From: an uncultured Alphaproteobacteria bacterium
Lineage (GTDB): Bacteria > Pseudomonadota > Alphaproteobacteria > UBA8366 > GCA-2717185
DNA length: 64,000 bases
Direction: 5' to 3'
NCBI GenBank assembly: GCA_943788635.1
Contig: CALSRA010000039.1
Coordinates: 3,265-67,264, forward strand
Shown: positions 52,550 to 61,593 of the stretch, in pieces
Layout of the letters: every line of letters starts with the position of its first letter
Position numbering within the stretch: the stretch's first letter is position 1
Translations under genes and position numbers: made by a program
Notes under the pieces: model-generated
Told to the model about the DNA's origin: nothing
What the model saw: the letters and a program-made list of their open reading frames with translations, nothing else
The model's database searches: none

Positions 52550-53066
52550 ATGTCATGGCGCGCGGCGATACTTTTCGCGGCTGGGTTCGTATTAGCGGCC
52601 TGCGGTGGGGGAAACGATAACAGGATCGCCTGTCCGGACGTGGAAGTGCTCCGCGACCTCAGTGAGGTTACGCGCTTTAATCCGGGACCCGGGCGCGACC
52701 CGACGGATGTCCTGCTTGAAGCCTGGGTAGAGCGGGGTAAACGGTACCTGCCTGCTGGACGATGAGGATCTCATTGTCGACCTGACCGTCAGGATCCTCA
52801 CACGGCGTGGGCCGGCGAATCGGGCTGAAGGTGCTGAAATTCCGTATTTCGTCGCAGTGACCGACGGGCAGCGAAATGTTTTGAGCCGACAGACGTTCAC
52901 GACGAACGCGGCATATGTCAGCCGAAAATCGATCTCCTTCGAAGATGTCCTCACCCTCTCCATTCCGCTGGTCCCCGGCATGGCGACCGATTCGTTTCTT
53001 ATTTATGTCGGTTTGGAGCTGAGCGAAAACGAACTGCGCCACAACCGCAGCAAATCAAGCCGCTGA
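52550..53066 (+). CDS. Hypothetical lipoprotein, apparent +1 frameshift at GGGG 52734-52737
   Basis: Lipobox 'LAAC', then 'ACPDV'. Deleting one G continues as '...VERVNGTC...RRGPAN...IPYFVAVTD...IYVGLELSENELRHNR*'. Confidence 0.75.
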
Positions 53067-53141
53067 CCCGCCGCGCGCCGTGTCCGGCCCTCTGTTTTAA
53101 GGTTCGGCTTCGGCGTGAGAGGGCTTAAGATCGGACCCGGG

Positions 53142-54998
53142 ATGACTATCCAGGAACATGACGACTCAGAAAGCGCCGTGGGCAGGCGGGCGCAGGCGCG
53201 GCAGCTGCTGCATGACGTGTTCGGCTTTACCGATTTTCGGGGCGCACAGGAACCGGTCGTACAGGCGTTGCTCGACGGCCATAACGCGCTGGCAGTGATG
53301 CCAACAGGGTCGGGCAAGTCTTTGTGCTTCCAGGTGTCGGGCATGGTACTGGGGGGATTGACCGTCGTTGTCTCGCCGCTGGTCGCCCTGATGCATGATC
53401 AGGTCGCCGCGTTGCGGCTCGCCGGTGTTGCGGCGGATACCATCAACTCGGCTCGCGAACGGTCGGAAAACGTCGACGCCTGGCGCCGGGTTGCCGCCGG
53501 CGAAACCCGGTTGCTCTATCTTTCGCCCGAGCGGCTGATGACAGACCGCATGCTGGCGGCGTTGCAGCGCCTGCCGGTGCGGCTCATCGCGGTTGACGAG
53601 GCCCATTGTATCTCCCAATGGGGACCGGCCTTCCGCCCGGATTATGAGGCACTGGCGCGGTTGCGCGATCTGTTCCCCGGCATTCCAATCGCGGCGCTGA
53701 CAGCGACAGCCGATGAGACGACGCGTAGGGATATTGCCGATAGGCTGTTTGGCGGCACAGGCGAAATATTCGTCGCCGGGTTTGATCGCCCGAACATCCG
53801 GCTTTCCGTGGAGATGAAAAAGGGTGGCACCCGCCAGATTCTCGATTTCCTGAATGCGCATCGCGATGAAAGCGGCATTGTGTACTGCCTGTCACGCAAG
53901 AAGACCGAATCGGTTGCACAGATGTTGTGTGAAAACGGCATTCCGGCCCTGCCCTATCATGCGGGAATGGAAAAAGATGCGCGCGATGCCAATCAGGATG
54001 CATTCATGACCGAACCGGGCAGCGTGATGGTGGCGACCATCGCCTTTGGCATGGGGATCGACAAACCGGATATCCGCTTCGTGCTGCATACCGACCTGCC
54101 AGGCAGTATGGAGGCCTATTACCAGGAAATCGGCCGTGCCGGGCGCGATGGCAGTGATGCAATGGCGCATATGCTGTACGGGCTGGATGATATCCGCATG
54201 CGGCGGGTGTTTATCGAACAGGAAGACAGTGGTGACGATGACCGCCGCCGGCGTGAACACAAACGGCTGGATGCATTGATCGGCTTTTGCGAAGCGTCGA
54301 CCTGCCGCCGCCGTGCGCTACTGGCCTATTTTGGCGATGAAATCGATCAATGCGGCAATTGCGATGTCTGCATCGATCCGGTCGAGATGGCGGATGGGAC
54401 GACGGAAGCGCAGCAGGTGCTTGCCACGATTGCACGAACGGGGGAACGCTTCGGCGCGTCGCATATCATTGATGTGCTGCGCGGTGCCAATACGGAAAAA
54501 GTGCGCACTGCGGGTCACGACCGGGTGCCGACCTACGGCGCCGGGGCGGACCGCAGCAAGGATATCTGGCGCTCGATTATCCGCCAGCTTGTCGCGGCAG
54601 GGTATCTGCACCTTGATGTGGCCGGCTTTGGCGGGCTGACCATTCCCCCGGACGGACAGAAACTGTTGCGCGGCGAGGCGGCATTCGCCTATCGCGCCAA
54701 TACGGTGCGGCGGGAAAAAACGACGAAATCCCTGGCGCGGGAAGCAGCGGCTGGCCTCAGTCCGGAAGATTCGGCGCTGCTGGGTGTTTTGAAGAAACTG
54801 CGCCGGGAACTGGCCAGCGAACGCGGTGTTCCAGCCTATGTGGTGTTCTCTGACCGTTCGCTGCAGGACATGGCGCAAAGCCGTCCGCGGACCCGCGATC
54901 AGTTCGCGGAAGTGCATGGTGTCGGGGCGGCGAAACTGCGTGATTTTGCCGCTCAATTCCTTGCTGTTATCGAGGCTGAAGCGGCGCCGATCGCGTAA
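53142..54998 (+). CDS. recQ: ATP-dependent DNA helicase RecQ
   Basis: 'MPTGSGKSLC', 'VDEAHCISQWG', 'YYQEIGRAGRDG', Zn 'CGNCDVC', HRDC 'PAYVVFSD'. Confidence 0.96.
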   Translation: MTIQEHDDSESAVGRRAQARQLLHDVFGFTDFRGAQEPVVQALLDGHNALAVMPTGSGKSLCFQVSGMVLGGLTVVVSPLVALMHDQVAALRLAGVAADTINSARERSENVDAWRRVAAGETRLLYLSPERLMTDRMLAALQRLPVRLIAVDEAHCISQWGPAFRPDYEALARLRDLFPGIPIAALTATADETTRRDIADRLFGGTGEIFVAGFDRPNIRLSVEMKKGGTRQILDFLNAHRDESGIVYCLSRKKTESVAQMLCENGIPALPYHAGMEKDARDANQDAFMTEPGSVMVATIAFGMGIDKPDIRFVLHTDLPGSMEAYYQEIGRAGRDGSDAMAHMLYGLDDIRMRRVFIEQEDSGDDDRRRREHKRLDALIGFCEASTCRRRALLAYFGDEIDQCGNCDVCIDPVEMADGTTEAQQVLATIARTGERFGASHIIDVLRGANTEKVRTAGHDRVPTYGAGADRSKDIWRSIIRQLVAAGYLHLDVAGFGGLTIPPDGQKLLRGEAAFAYRANTVRREKTTKSLAREAAAGLSPEDSALLGVLKKLRRELASERGVPAYVVFSDRSLQDMAQSRPRTRDQFAEVHGVGAAKLRDFAAQFLAVIEAEAAPIA

Positions 54999-56154
54999 GC
55001 GGTTTTTCCATTACGAAATTGCTCAGTTCGACACTGTCCAGGGTGATGGTCTGCGGCGTGATGACGGTGAAGCCCATGGATTCGAAAAAGGGTCGGGCGG
55101 TGATGCTGACATCGGCGGTCAGTCGCGGCAGGCCCATGTTTCGGGCCGCGCCTTCAATGCGGCGATACAGCAGCCGGCCGACACCAAGCCGCTGCCGGTC
55201 GGCATGGACGTAGAACATATCGATAAGGCCGGATTGTTCGAGGTTGGCAAATCCCGAAATTACCGATCCTTGCGTTACGATAAAGGTCACGCAAGCTGAC
55301 ATGCGGCTGTGAATCCAGTCTTTATCCGGAACCTTCGGTGCCCAGGCCGAGCGTTGTGCTGGCGTGGATTCATCTGCGGCGGCGTGGTGGACGCTGTCAT
55401 AAAACAGCTGGGCCAGCGCGGGGGCGTCTTCCGACCGATAGTCGCGCAACCGTAAGCCGTTGTCTGGCCGGCCTGCGACGAATGACGCCATGTGCAGGGC
55501 CGCCTGTGGCGGTTCGTAACGATAGCCCTTGCCTTCGGGGCAGGCGTGCCGGGCAGCGCAGCCGCGCGTCACACAGTCGCTTCCACCCAACCCACGCAGC
55601 CAGGCAGCACAGGCGGTGGTGTCATAGCCGGCGTTGCCAAAGGCCGATACGGGACAGGCCGTCAGGCATGGCTTGTCGCTGCAGGTGTCACAGGGGTTGG
55701 CGGCCTGTGTACGTTCCGGCAGGTCCAGTTGGTCCCGGAAGGCAAGCGCCCCGCGCCATGCATGCCAAAGCCCGAACCGGGGGTGAATCATCATGCCGAG
55801 TGGTGATGGATAAACACCCTCTGCCCGCGCGGCCCAGCGCAGGAATGGCCAGTAGGGCGGGCCTTCGAAGGGGAACAACGCGGTCGCACCGGTGCGTTCC
55901 GCAACCGTTTCCAGTACCTGGCGGGTCCAGTGGTTTAGCGGATCGGCCCCGTCCGGATGCGTTGACTGGAAGGTCTGCCACATTTCCGGACCGGCATTGC
56001 CGACCATGATGAGCGTTCCGGTTCCCGTCGGCGCATCGTCTTCGTCTGTGGGGTGGAAAGCGCCGCGCAGGATCAAGCCCTGTGCTGTCAGTAATTTCTG
56101 CAGGGTGCCGGTTTGCAGCGCGTCATTCTTATCTGCTGGCGGCAAGGGGATCAC
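54967..56154 (-). CDS. Fusion: CblC/QueG-like domain with 8-Cys Fe-S region plus C-terminal GNAT
   Basis: 'IHPRFGLWHAWRG', 'CDTCSDKPCLTACP', 'C...CVTRGCAARHACP', then GNAT 'IDMFYVHADRQRLGVGR...SITARPFFESMGF'. Confidence 0.8.
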   Translation of the reverse strand: MIPLPPADKNDALQTGTLQKLLTAQGLILRGAFHPTDEDDAPTGTGTLIMVGNAGPEMWQTFQSTHPDGADPLNHWTRQVLETVAERTGATALFPFEGPPYWPFLRWAARAEGVYPSPLGMMIHPRFGLWHAWRGALAFRDQLDLPERTQAANPCDTCSDKPCLTACPVSAFGNAGYDTTACAAWLRGLGGSDCVTRGCAARHACPEGKGYRYEPPQAALHMASFVAGRPDNGLRLRDYRSEDAPALAQLFYDSVHHAAADESTPAQRSAWAPKVPDKDWIHSRMSACVTFIVTQGSVISGFANLEQSGLIDMFYVHADRQRLGVGRLLYRRIEGAARNMGLPRLTADVSITARPFFESMGFTVITPQTITLDSVELSNFVMEKPLTRSAPLQPR

Positions 56155-56173
56155 CTTGTGATAGGCTGCGGGT

Positions 56174-56956
56174 ATGTGGAACGATGTTGTCGACCTGAAC
56201 GAGTTCTACCACAGCTCGCTGGGGCATGTGGCGCAGCGTATGATTCGTCGCCAGATTCGTGCCCTATGGCCGGATGTTCGTGGCATGCGGATGCTGGGGC
56301 TCGGCTATGCGGTGCCCTATCTCACCTCTTTCCGGGGCGAGGCGGAGCGGGTCATTGCCGCAATGCCGGCGCAACAGGGTGTGATGCACTGGCCCCGGTA
56401 TGAAGCCGGACTGGTTGCGTTGGTCGATGAAGCTGAATTGCCGTTTGCCGACCTGTCGGTTGACCGGTTGCTGATGGTGCATGCGGTTGAACATGGCGAG
56501 CACCTGCGGGGCATGATGCGCGAGGCCTGGCGCGTGTTATCCGAAGGCGGGCGGTTAATGATCGTGGTGCCGAACCGCCGGGGCATATGGGCGCGAATGG
56601 AGCGGACGCCATTCGGGCATGGTCAGCCCTATACCAGCCGGCAGGTTCGACGGCTGCTGCAGGACAGTCTGTTCTCGCCGGTCGACAGTGCCCGGGCCTT
56701 ATACATGCCGCCGAGCCGAAGCCGCTTGCTGCTGTCTTCTTCGCCGGCGTTTGAACGGCTTGGCGACCGGTTATTTCAGCGGTTTTCCGGCGTGTTGCTG
56801 GTCGAGGCCATTAAACAGATTTACGGCGCGACGCCGGTTGCCGCACCGGCGCGCAGTCGGCGGCGGTTCGTCGTCATGCCGGGTGGCGTGGCGCAGGCGC
56901 AGCGCAGTGCATCCGATACCGAGACGGGGGATAAAAATGGTGGAACAGGCTGTTGA
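56174..56956 (+). CDS. Class I SAM-dependent methyltransferase (type 11, YafS-like)
   Basis: 'DVVDL.EFY.S.LG', 'GLGYA.PYL', 'MPAQQGV.HWP', 'VPNRRG.WAR...TPFG.G.PY'. Confidence 0.88.
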   Translation: MWNDVVDLNEFYHSSLGHVAQRMIRRQIRALWPDVRGMRMLGLGYAVPYLTSFRGEAERVIAAMPAQQGVMHWPRYEAGLVALVDEAELPFADLSVDRLLMVHAVEHGEHLRGMMREAWRVLSEGGRLMIVVPNRRGIWARMERTPFGHGQPYTSRQVRRLLQDSLFSPVDSARALYMPPSRSRLLLSSSPAFERLGDRLFQRFSGVLLVEAIKQIYGATPVAAPARSRRRFVVMPGGVAQAQRSASDTETGDKNGGTGC

Positions 56957-58310
56957 GCAGGCGGGGCAATCTTCGGAAATAACCCGGCTGCTGGCTGAAA
57001 ACGCAACCGAAATTGCCTTTGATGCGCTGCCCGCAGATGTCGTCTTTGTCACCAAGCATTGCCTGCTCGATTGGCTCGGCGTGACGATGGCGGGCGCGCT
57101 GGAGCCATTGACGCAGAAGCTGGCTGATTATGTCGCGGCGGAAGGTGGCGCCGCGCAGGCGACGCTGATCGGTATCGGCAGGAAGGTTTCGGCCGGGCAG
57201 GCGGCACTGGTCAATGGTTCGGCCGGCCATGCACTGGATTACGACGACGTGCTGCGATTGCTGAACGGCCATCCGACAGCCCCTGTCATGCCGGCGGTTT
57301 TGGCGCTGGCGGAACGTCGTGGCGCCAATGGAAGGGCTGTGATCGAGGCATTCGCGGCCGGTGTTGAAACGGAAAGCCGGGTCGGCGCGATCATGGGTGA
57401 AGGCCATTATGCGCATGGCTGGCATGCCACGGCGACCGTCGGCCATTTTGGTGCCGCCGCGGGGGCGGCGCGACTACTCGGCCTCGATGCGGAAACCACT
57501 GCCGTGGCGCTTGGAATCGCGGGAACCCAGGCGGCGGGCCTGAAATCGATGTTCGGCACGATGTGCAAGCCACTGCATGCGGGAAAGGCCGCCCAGAACG
57601 GGTTGTTTGCTGCTGAAATGGCGTCACGCGGCTTCACCGCCAATGCTGCGGTGATCGAATGTCTACAGGGGTTTGGCGATACACAGACCGACACATTCGC
57701 GCCGGAAAAAGGCCTCGACGGGTTGGGTGAACGGTATTTACTGCCGACGATGCGGTTTAAATATCATGCTGCCTGTTATGGCACCCATGGGCCGATCGAT
57801 GCGGCCGGGGTCTGCCGGGACAACCCCGGCTTTGATCTTGAGGCGATTGACCGGATTGAAATACGGGTCACGTCGCGTTGCCTGCGCATGTGCAATATTC
57901 CGGTGCCCTCAACCGGGCTGGAGGCCAAGTTCAGCCTGCGGTTTGCGGTCGGGCTGGCATTGGCCGGGGTCGATACGGGGCGGCTGGATACGTTCGGCGA
58001 TGCGATTATCGGCCGTTCGGATGTCATGGCGCTTTGTGCGCGCGCGGCGGTTATCGGCGACGATACGCTGGAACGGAATGAGTCCATTGTGGTTGTGCAT
58101 TTGCGCGACGGTACGGTGTTGCAGGGTCATGCGGATCTGAGCGATCCGGTCGAGGACCTGGACCTGACCTGGCGGCGGTTGCAGACGAAGTTCCGCGGCC
58201 TTGCCGAACCGATCGTCGGGGCGGCGAAGACGGAGCAGATGCTGACAATCGTAGACGACCTGGAAAATGTTGAATCGCTATCGACATTGCTTGGCGCCAG
58301 CGCGCCGTAA
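56937..58310 (+). CDS. MmgE/PrpD family protein
   Basis: 'AALVNG.AGHALDYDD', 'GHP', 'GWHATAT', 'KPLHAGKAA', 'KYHAACYGTH', 'AKFS'. Confidence 0.92.
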   Translation: MVEQAVEQAGQSSEITRLLAENATEIAFDALPADVVFVTKHCLLDWLGVTMAGALEPLTQKLADYVAAEGGAAQATLIGIGRKVSAGQAALVNGSAGHALDYDDVLRLLNGHPTAPVMPAVLALAERRGANGRAVIEAFAAGVETESRVGAIMGEGHYAHGWHATATVGHFGAAAGAARLLGLDAETTAVALGIAGTQAAGLKSMFGTMCKPLHAGKAAQNGLFAAEMASRGFTANAAVIECLQGFGDTQTDTFAPEKGLDGLGERYLLPTMRFKYHAACYGTHGPIDAAGVCRDNPGFDLEAIDRIEIRVTSRCLRMCNIPVPSTGLEAKFSLRFAVGLALAGVDTGRLDTFGDAIIGRSDVMALCARAAVIGDDTLERNESIVVVHLRDGTVLQGHADLSDPVEDLDLTWRRLQTKFRGLAEPIVGAAKTEQMLTIVDDLENVESLSTLLGASAP

Positions 58311-58313
58311 CTT

Positions 58314-58880
58314 TCAGTCCGATTCGAGGTCTTCTTCCAGTGCGGCGACGTCCGGCGCATCAATAACCCGCCGGACGATCTGGTAAACGAATCCCTGTCG
58401 TCCCAGCGATGCAATGTCGCGATCACGATAGGTGTCGCGGTCGGCTTTCCGCCAGGGCCCAAGCCGCCGGCGTCGCGCGTAATTGTATGCGCCGCGTAGT
58501 TCGCTGTTTCCGGTTTCCTCGGCCAGGGATTCCAGTGCCTGGTCGATATCATCGCTATGGACGCCCTTCGCGGATAACCGCATTCGGATTCCCCGGTTCG
58601 AAGTGCCGTTCCGGTGCAGTGTCGTTGTGCGCGCGGCCGCGTATTCGGTGTCGTTCAGCAGTCCGGCGCGAAGATAGCGTTCAATCAATGCGTCGATCAG
58701 GGTGGCGCCATCTGATGGATCGTCGCCATTGGCCTGCGCCGCCCGGTACACGCGGCGCATCAGGACATTACGCAGATTTGCCGCTGAGGTGCTGAATCGA
58801 TGGAGATAAGCCAATGCCGCGGCTTCCAGCGATTGCGCTGTCACCGGGCGCGGCGGCCGTTTTTTGCGTGTGTCGCTCAT
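58314..58880 (-). CDS. recX: Regulatory protein RecX
   Basis: 'AALAYL.RFSTS..NLR.VL.RR', 'GLLNDTEYA', 'YARRRRLGP', 'LGRQGF'. Confidence 0.88.
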   Translation of the reverse strand: MSDTRKKRPPRPVTAQSLEAAALAYLHRFSTSAANLRNVLMRRVYRAAQANGDDPSDGATLIDALIERYLRAGLLNDTEYAAARTTTLHRNGTSNRGIRMRLSAKGVHSDDIDQALESLAEETGNSELRGAYNYARRRRLGPWRKADRDTYRDRDIASLGRQGFVYQIVRRVIDAPDVAALEEDLESD

Positions 58881-59192
58881 ACGGCAAACGTATCCACCGC
58901 CACGCAAAGCGCAAATAAAAATAAAAAACGACCGTGCTGTGACCTTCATCACTGAAAGCGCGGCTGTCTTGGGCGATTATCCAGTCATGCCGGGGACGGA
59001 AGATGGTTTCCATCCGAGGTTTCCGGAAAGCCGTTGATCGATTGCCCACCCTGCCCCTCCCAAAAGGCATCGATCTGCGGACAGACGGCGGTAATGCCAC
59101 CCGCGTTGCCGCCGTCGCTGATTCTGCGACAGGCGGTAACGGTTTGGGACAAATGGGAGCGCAATGCCGGGTTTCGGCGTACCGACCGCAAT

Positions 59193-59858
59193 TTAATCGA
59201 TAACGCGTTCTTCCGCGGCTTCAGGCTGCGCGGTTTCGACGACCGGCTTTTCAACAATAACTTCAGCTTCGACCTTTGGTTCGGGGGCTACCGTGCCTTC
59301 CGAAGTATCCGAAGCGTTTCCGGTGTCGGGATTCGCGGCCCGGACAGGGGCGCGTCTTGGCCGTCGAGCCGGCCGTCGGCTGGTATTCTGGCCGTCGGAC
59401 GATTCTGCATCCGATGCTGGCTCTTTGTCGCGGCGCGGCTGTTCGGAATCTGCGTCGCGGGCCTGATCGTCGGCCTGTTTTTCGGTGTTTTCAGTGTCGT
59501 CGGCTTGCGACCGTTCGCCGTTCTGCTGGCGATCAGGCTGGCGTGATTCGTTGCCATTGCCACGATTGTTATTATTGCGGGCCTGATTTCCCTCGCCGTC
59601 ATCGACGTTCAGAATGCGGAAATAATGCTCCGCATGCTGGTACATGTTTTCGGCGTTGATTCGGTCGCCGGCAGCGTTCGCATCGCGCGCCAGTTGCAGG
59701 TATTTTTCATAGACCTGACTTGCGTTGCCGCGAATACGTATGCTGGGACCGTTGCTGTCGAAGTTCTGATGCCGCGGGGACACGTTTCTGCGTCCGCCAC
59801 CACCACCACCACCGCCGCCACGACCGCGGGATCGTTTGGGATTCTGACCTTGTCTCAT
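59193..59858 (-). CDS. DUF4167 domain protein with RG-rich N-terminus and disordered tail
   Basis: 'FDSNGPSIRIRGNASQVYEKYLQLARDA..AGDRI.AEN.YQHAEHYFRI'. Confidence 0.92.
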   Translation of the reverse strand: MRQGQNPKRSRGRGGGGGGGGGRRNVSPRHQNFDSNGPSIRIRGNASQVYEKYLQLARDANAAGDRINAENMYQHAEHYFRILNVDDGEGNQARNNNNRGNGNESRQPDRQQNGERSQADDTENTEKQADDQARDADSEQPRRDKEPASDAESSDGQNTSRRPARRPRRAPVRAANPDTGNASDTSEGTVAPEPKVEAEVIVEKPVVETAQPEAAEERVID

Positions 59859-60050
59859 TTTTCCGTCATGCATTGTTAAACGTTCTAACCCGTTTGCCCT
59901 TTCGGAAGGGCGCCATCTTGAGAACTAGACTTGTATGGATCTACAACCCCGGACCTTCACTGTCTCGGGCCTGTCGACTGGCTGTATCGAGGTTAAATAC
60001 CTGCGTAGTCCGTAACGAGCCAAACGGGCTATCGTGCCATCGACTTTGCG

Positions 60051-60079
60051 AATCTAGTCGTTTCGACCTGCTATTCCAA
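60051..60079 (-). promoter_or_regulatory. Putative sigma70 promoter of the DUF4167 gene
   Basis: Minus strand TTGGAA-N17-TAGATT preceded by an A-tract; implies a leader of about 185 nt. Confidence 0.5.
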
Positions 60080-60289
60080 GGACTTTTTTGCAGTTAACGG
60101 ATGATCTTCCGTTTCCAGGGCTTTGTAAATCGGCATTTGTCGCGCTTGAACCCGACCGTGGCGGGACCCATTTGGCAGTCGTGGCGGCGGGGTTTGGACA
60201 GTTCTCGCCGCAGTGCGAAACGGCCTTGACCAGAGGCCGCGAAGCGATACAGTGACTCAACAGTCCGGTAGCGAGATCGGGGGCGTCTC

Positions 60290-60550
60290 ATGTTTGAATT
60301 GCGTATATACGGTCGTCGATCCAGTTGCACTGTCCGCTATCGACATGGGGGGCTTGCAGCGGTAATCCCGGTTGACCAGAAAGTCGTTTCCGTCGTTGCG
60401 CCGGCCCTGACCGGCACGGGTGATATGATTCAGCCGGCAGATATGTCCGAAGGGGCCAAGGTCCTAGTGTTTCCGGCACCTGTGGAGCGCCTGAACCGGT
60501 CGGGAAATGGCCGGGTAAAGGGCCGTCCCAAGGGGCGAACCAAAAGCTAG
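60290..60550 (+). CDS. Possible small hypothetical protein (86 aa)
   Basis: G-rich RBS-like GGGGG before ATG; fills otherwise empty space; no recognisable family. Confidence 0.4.
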   Translation: MFELRIYGRRSSCTVRYRHGGLAAVIPVDQKVVSVVAPALTGTGDMIQPADMSEGAKVLVFPAPVERLNRSGNGRVKGRPKGRTKS

Positions 60551-60587
60551 CAGCAAGAAATATGGCGCCCTTCGCGACGGTCTTTGT

Positions 60588-61301
60588 TTAAAGCGCCGGC
60601 TTTCCTGCCTTGATCCATTCTTCATATTCCGCCCGGACTGCGTCACTGGCCGGATAGGTGCCGATGACGGGTCGACCGATGGCGACCAGTTTCTGGATAA
60701 ATTCTTCAATTCCTTCCTGTGCAGCGGCGTCCCGGGCAATTTCTTCGGCGAGTGCCTGCGGCAGAACCGCGCAACCATCCCCGTCGGCGACGATGATATC
60801 GCCGGGATAGACGGCGACACCGCCGCAGGAAATGGGCTCCTGAAGACCGACCGGGCAATGTGCCGTCGGGCTGGCGGGTGCGGAAGGTCCGGACGCAAAG
60901 ACCGGCAGGCCGATGTCGCCGATTGCATCCGCATCGCGGACGCCGCCATCGGTGACCACGCCTGCGACGCCGCGATATTTCAGCCGGGTGATAAGGATAT
61001 CGCCGATTGTGCCGCTGTCTCGGTCACCGCGTGCATCGGTCACCAGGACGCCACCGGCGGGGCATTCCTCAATGGCGCGCCGCGCCAAATTCTGTGTGCT
61101 GGCCAATAGCGCCAGATCGGCAATATCCTCGCGCATCGGCACGAACCGCAATGTATAGGCGACACCAACCATCCGTTCCTGTAGCGGGTGCAACGGCAGG
61201 ACGCCGCGCATATAGACGTTGCGGATGTTTCGTTTCAGCAGCTGATAGGTCAGTGTACCGGTCGATATGCCCATCAGGCGCGCGCGCAATTCTTCGTTCA
61301 C
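60588..61301 (-). CDS. RraA-like / HMG-aldolase family protein
   Basis: 'G.AYTLRFVPMRED', 'GTIGDIL', 'GVVTDGGVRD', 'CGGVAVYPGDIIVADGDG'. Confidence 0.9.
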   Translation of the reverse strand: MNEELRARLMGISTGTLTYQLLKRNIRNVYMRGVLPLHPLQERMVGVAYTLRFVPMREDIADLALLASTQNLARRAIEECPAGGVLVTDARGDRDSGTIGDILITRLKYRGVAGVVTDGGVRDADAIGDIGLPVFASGPSAPASPTAHCPVGLQEPISCGGVAVYPGDIIVADGDGCAVLPQALAEEIARDAAAQEGIEEFIQKLVAIGRPVIGTYPASDAVRAEYEEWIKAGKPAL

Positions 61302-61386
61302 TTTAATCTCCCTGAGATGCGTGTCTCCGTCGCAGCCAAACGATTTAACGTGTCAAAGCCCCCCGGTACACGCTATATCGTTGGAT

Positions 61387-61587
61387 ATGTCCGGTTTATT
61401 CGTCGTTTTGATGGTTCTGGCGATGATCGCCACGCTAGGCGTGCTGATCTTCGGCATCGTGGGTATGGCGAGTGGCAGCGATTTTCATCGCCGTAACTCG
61501 AACAAGCTGATGCGTGCGCGCGTCGTGATGCAGGGCGTGGCGCTGGCATTTTTCGCCATCGTACTGATCCTGGCTGGCAAGGACTGA
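61387..61587 (+). CDS. HIG1-domain twin-transmembrane small protein
   Basis: Two TM helices flanking 'SNKLMRARVVMQ'; usual neighbour of pduO. Confidence 0.85.
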   Translation: MSGLFVVLMVLAMIATLGVLIFGIVGMASGSDFHRRNSNKLMRARVVMQGVALAFFAIVLILAGKD

Positions 61588-61593
61588 CAGCCG

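Noticed and set aside
59794-59820. CCA/CCG trinucleotide repeat as a contingency locus
   Set aside because: It is an in-frame poly-Gly tract with mixed codons in a disordered N-terminus.
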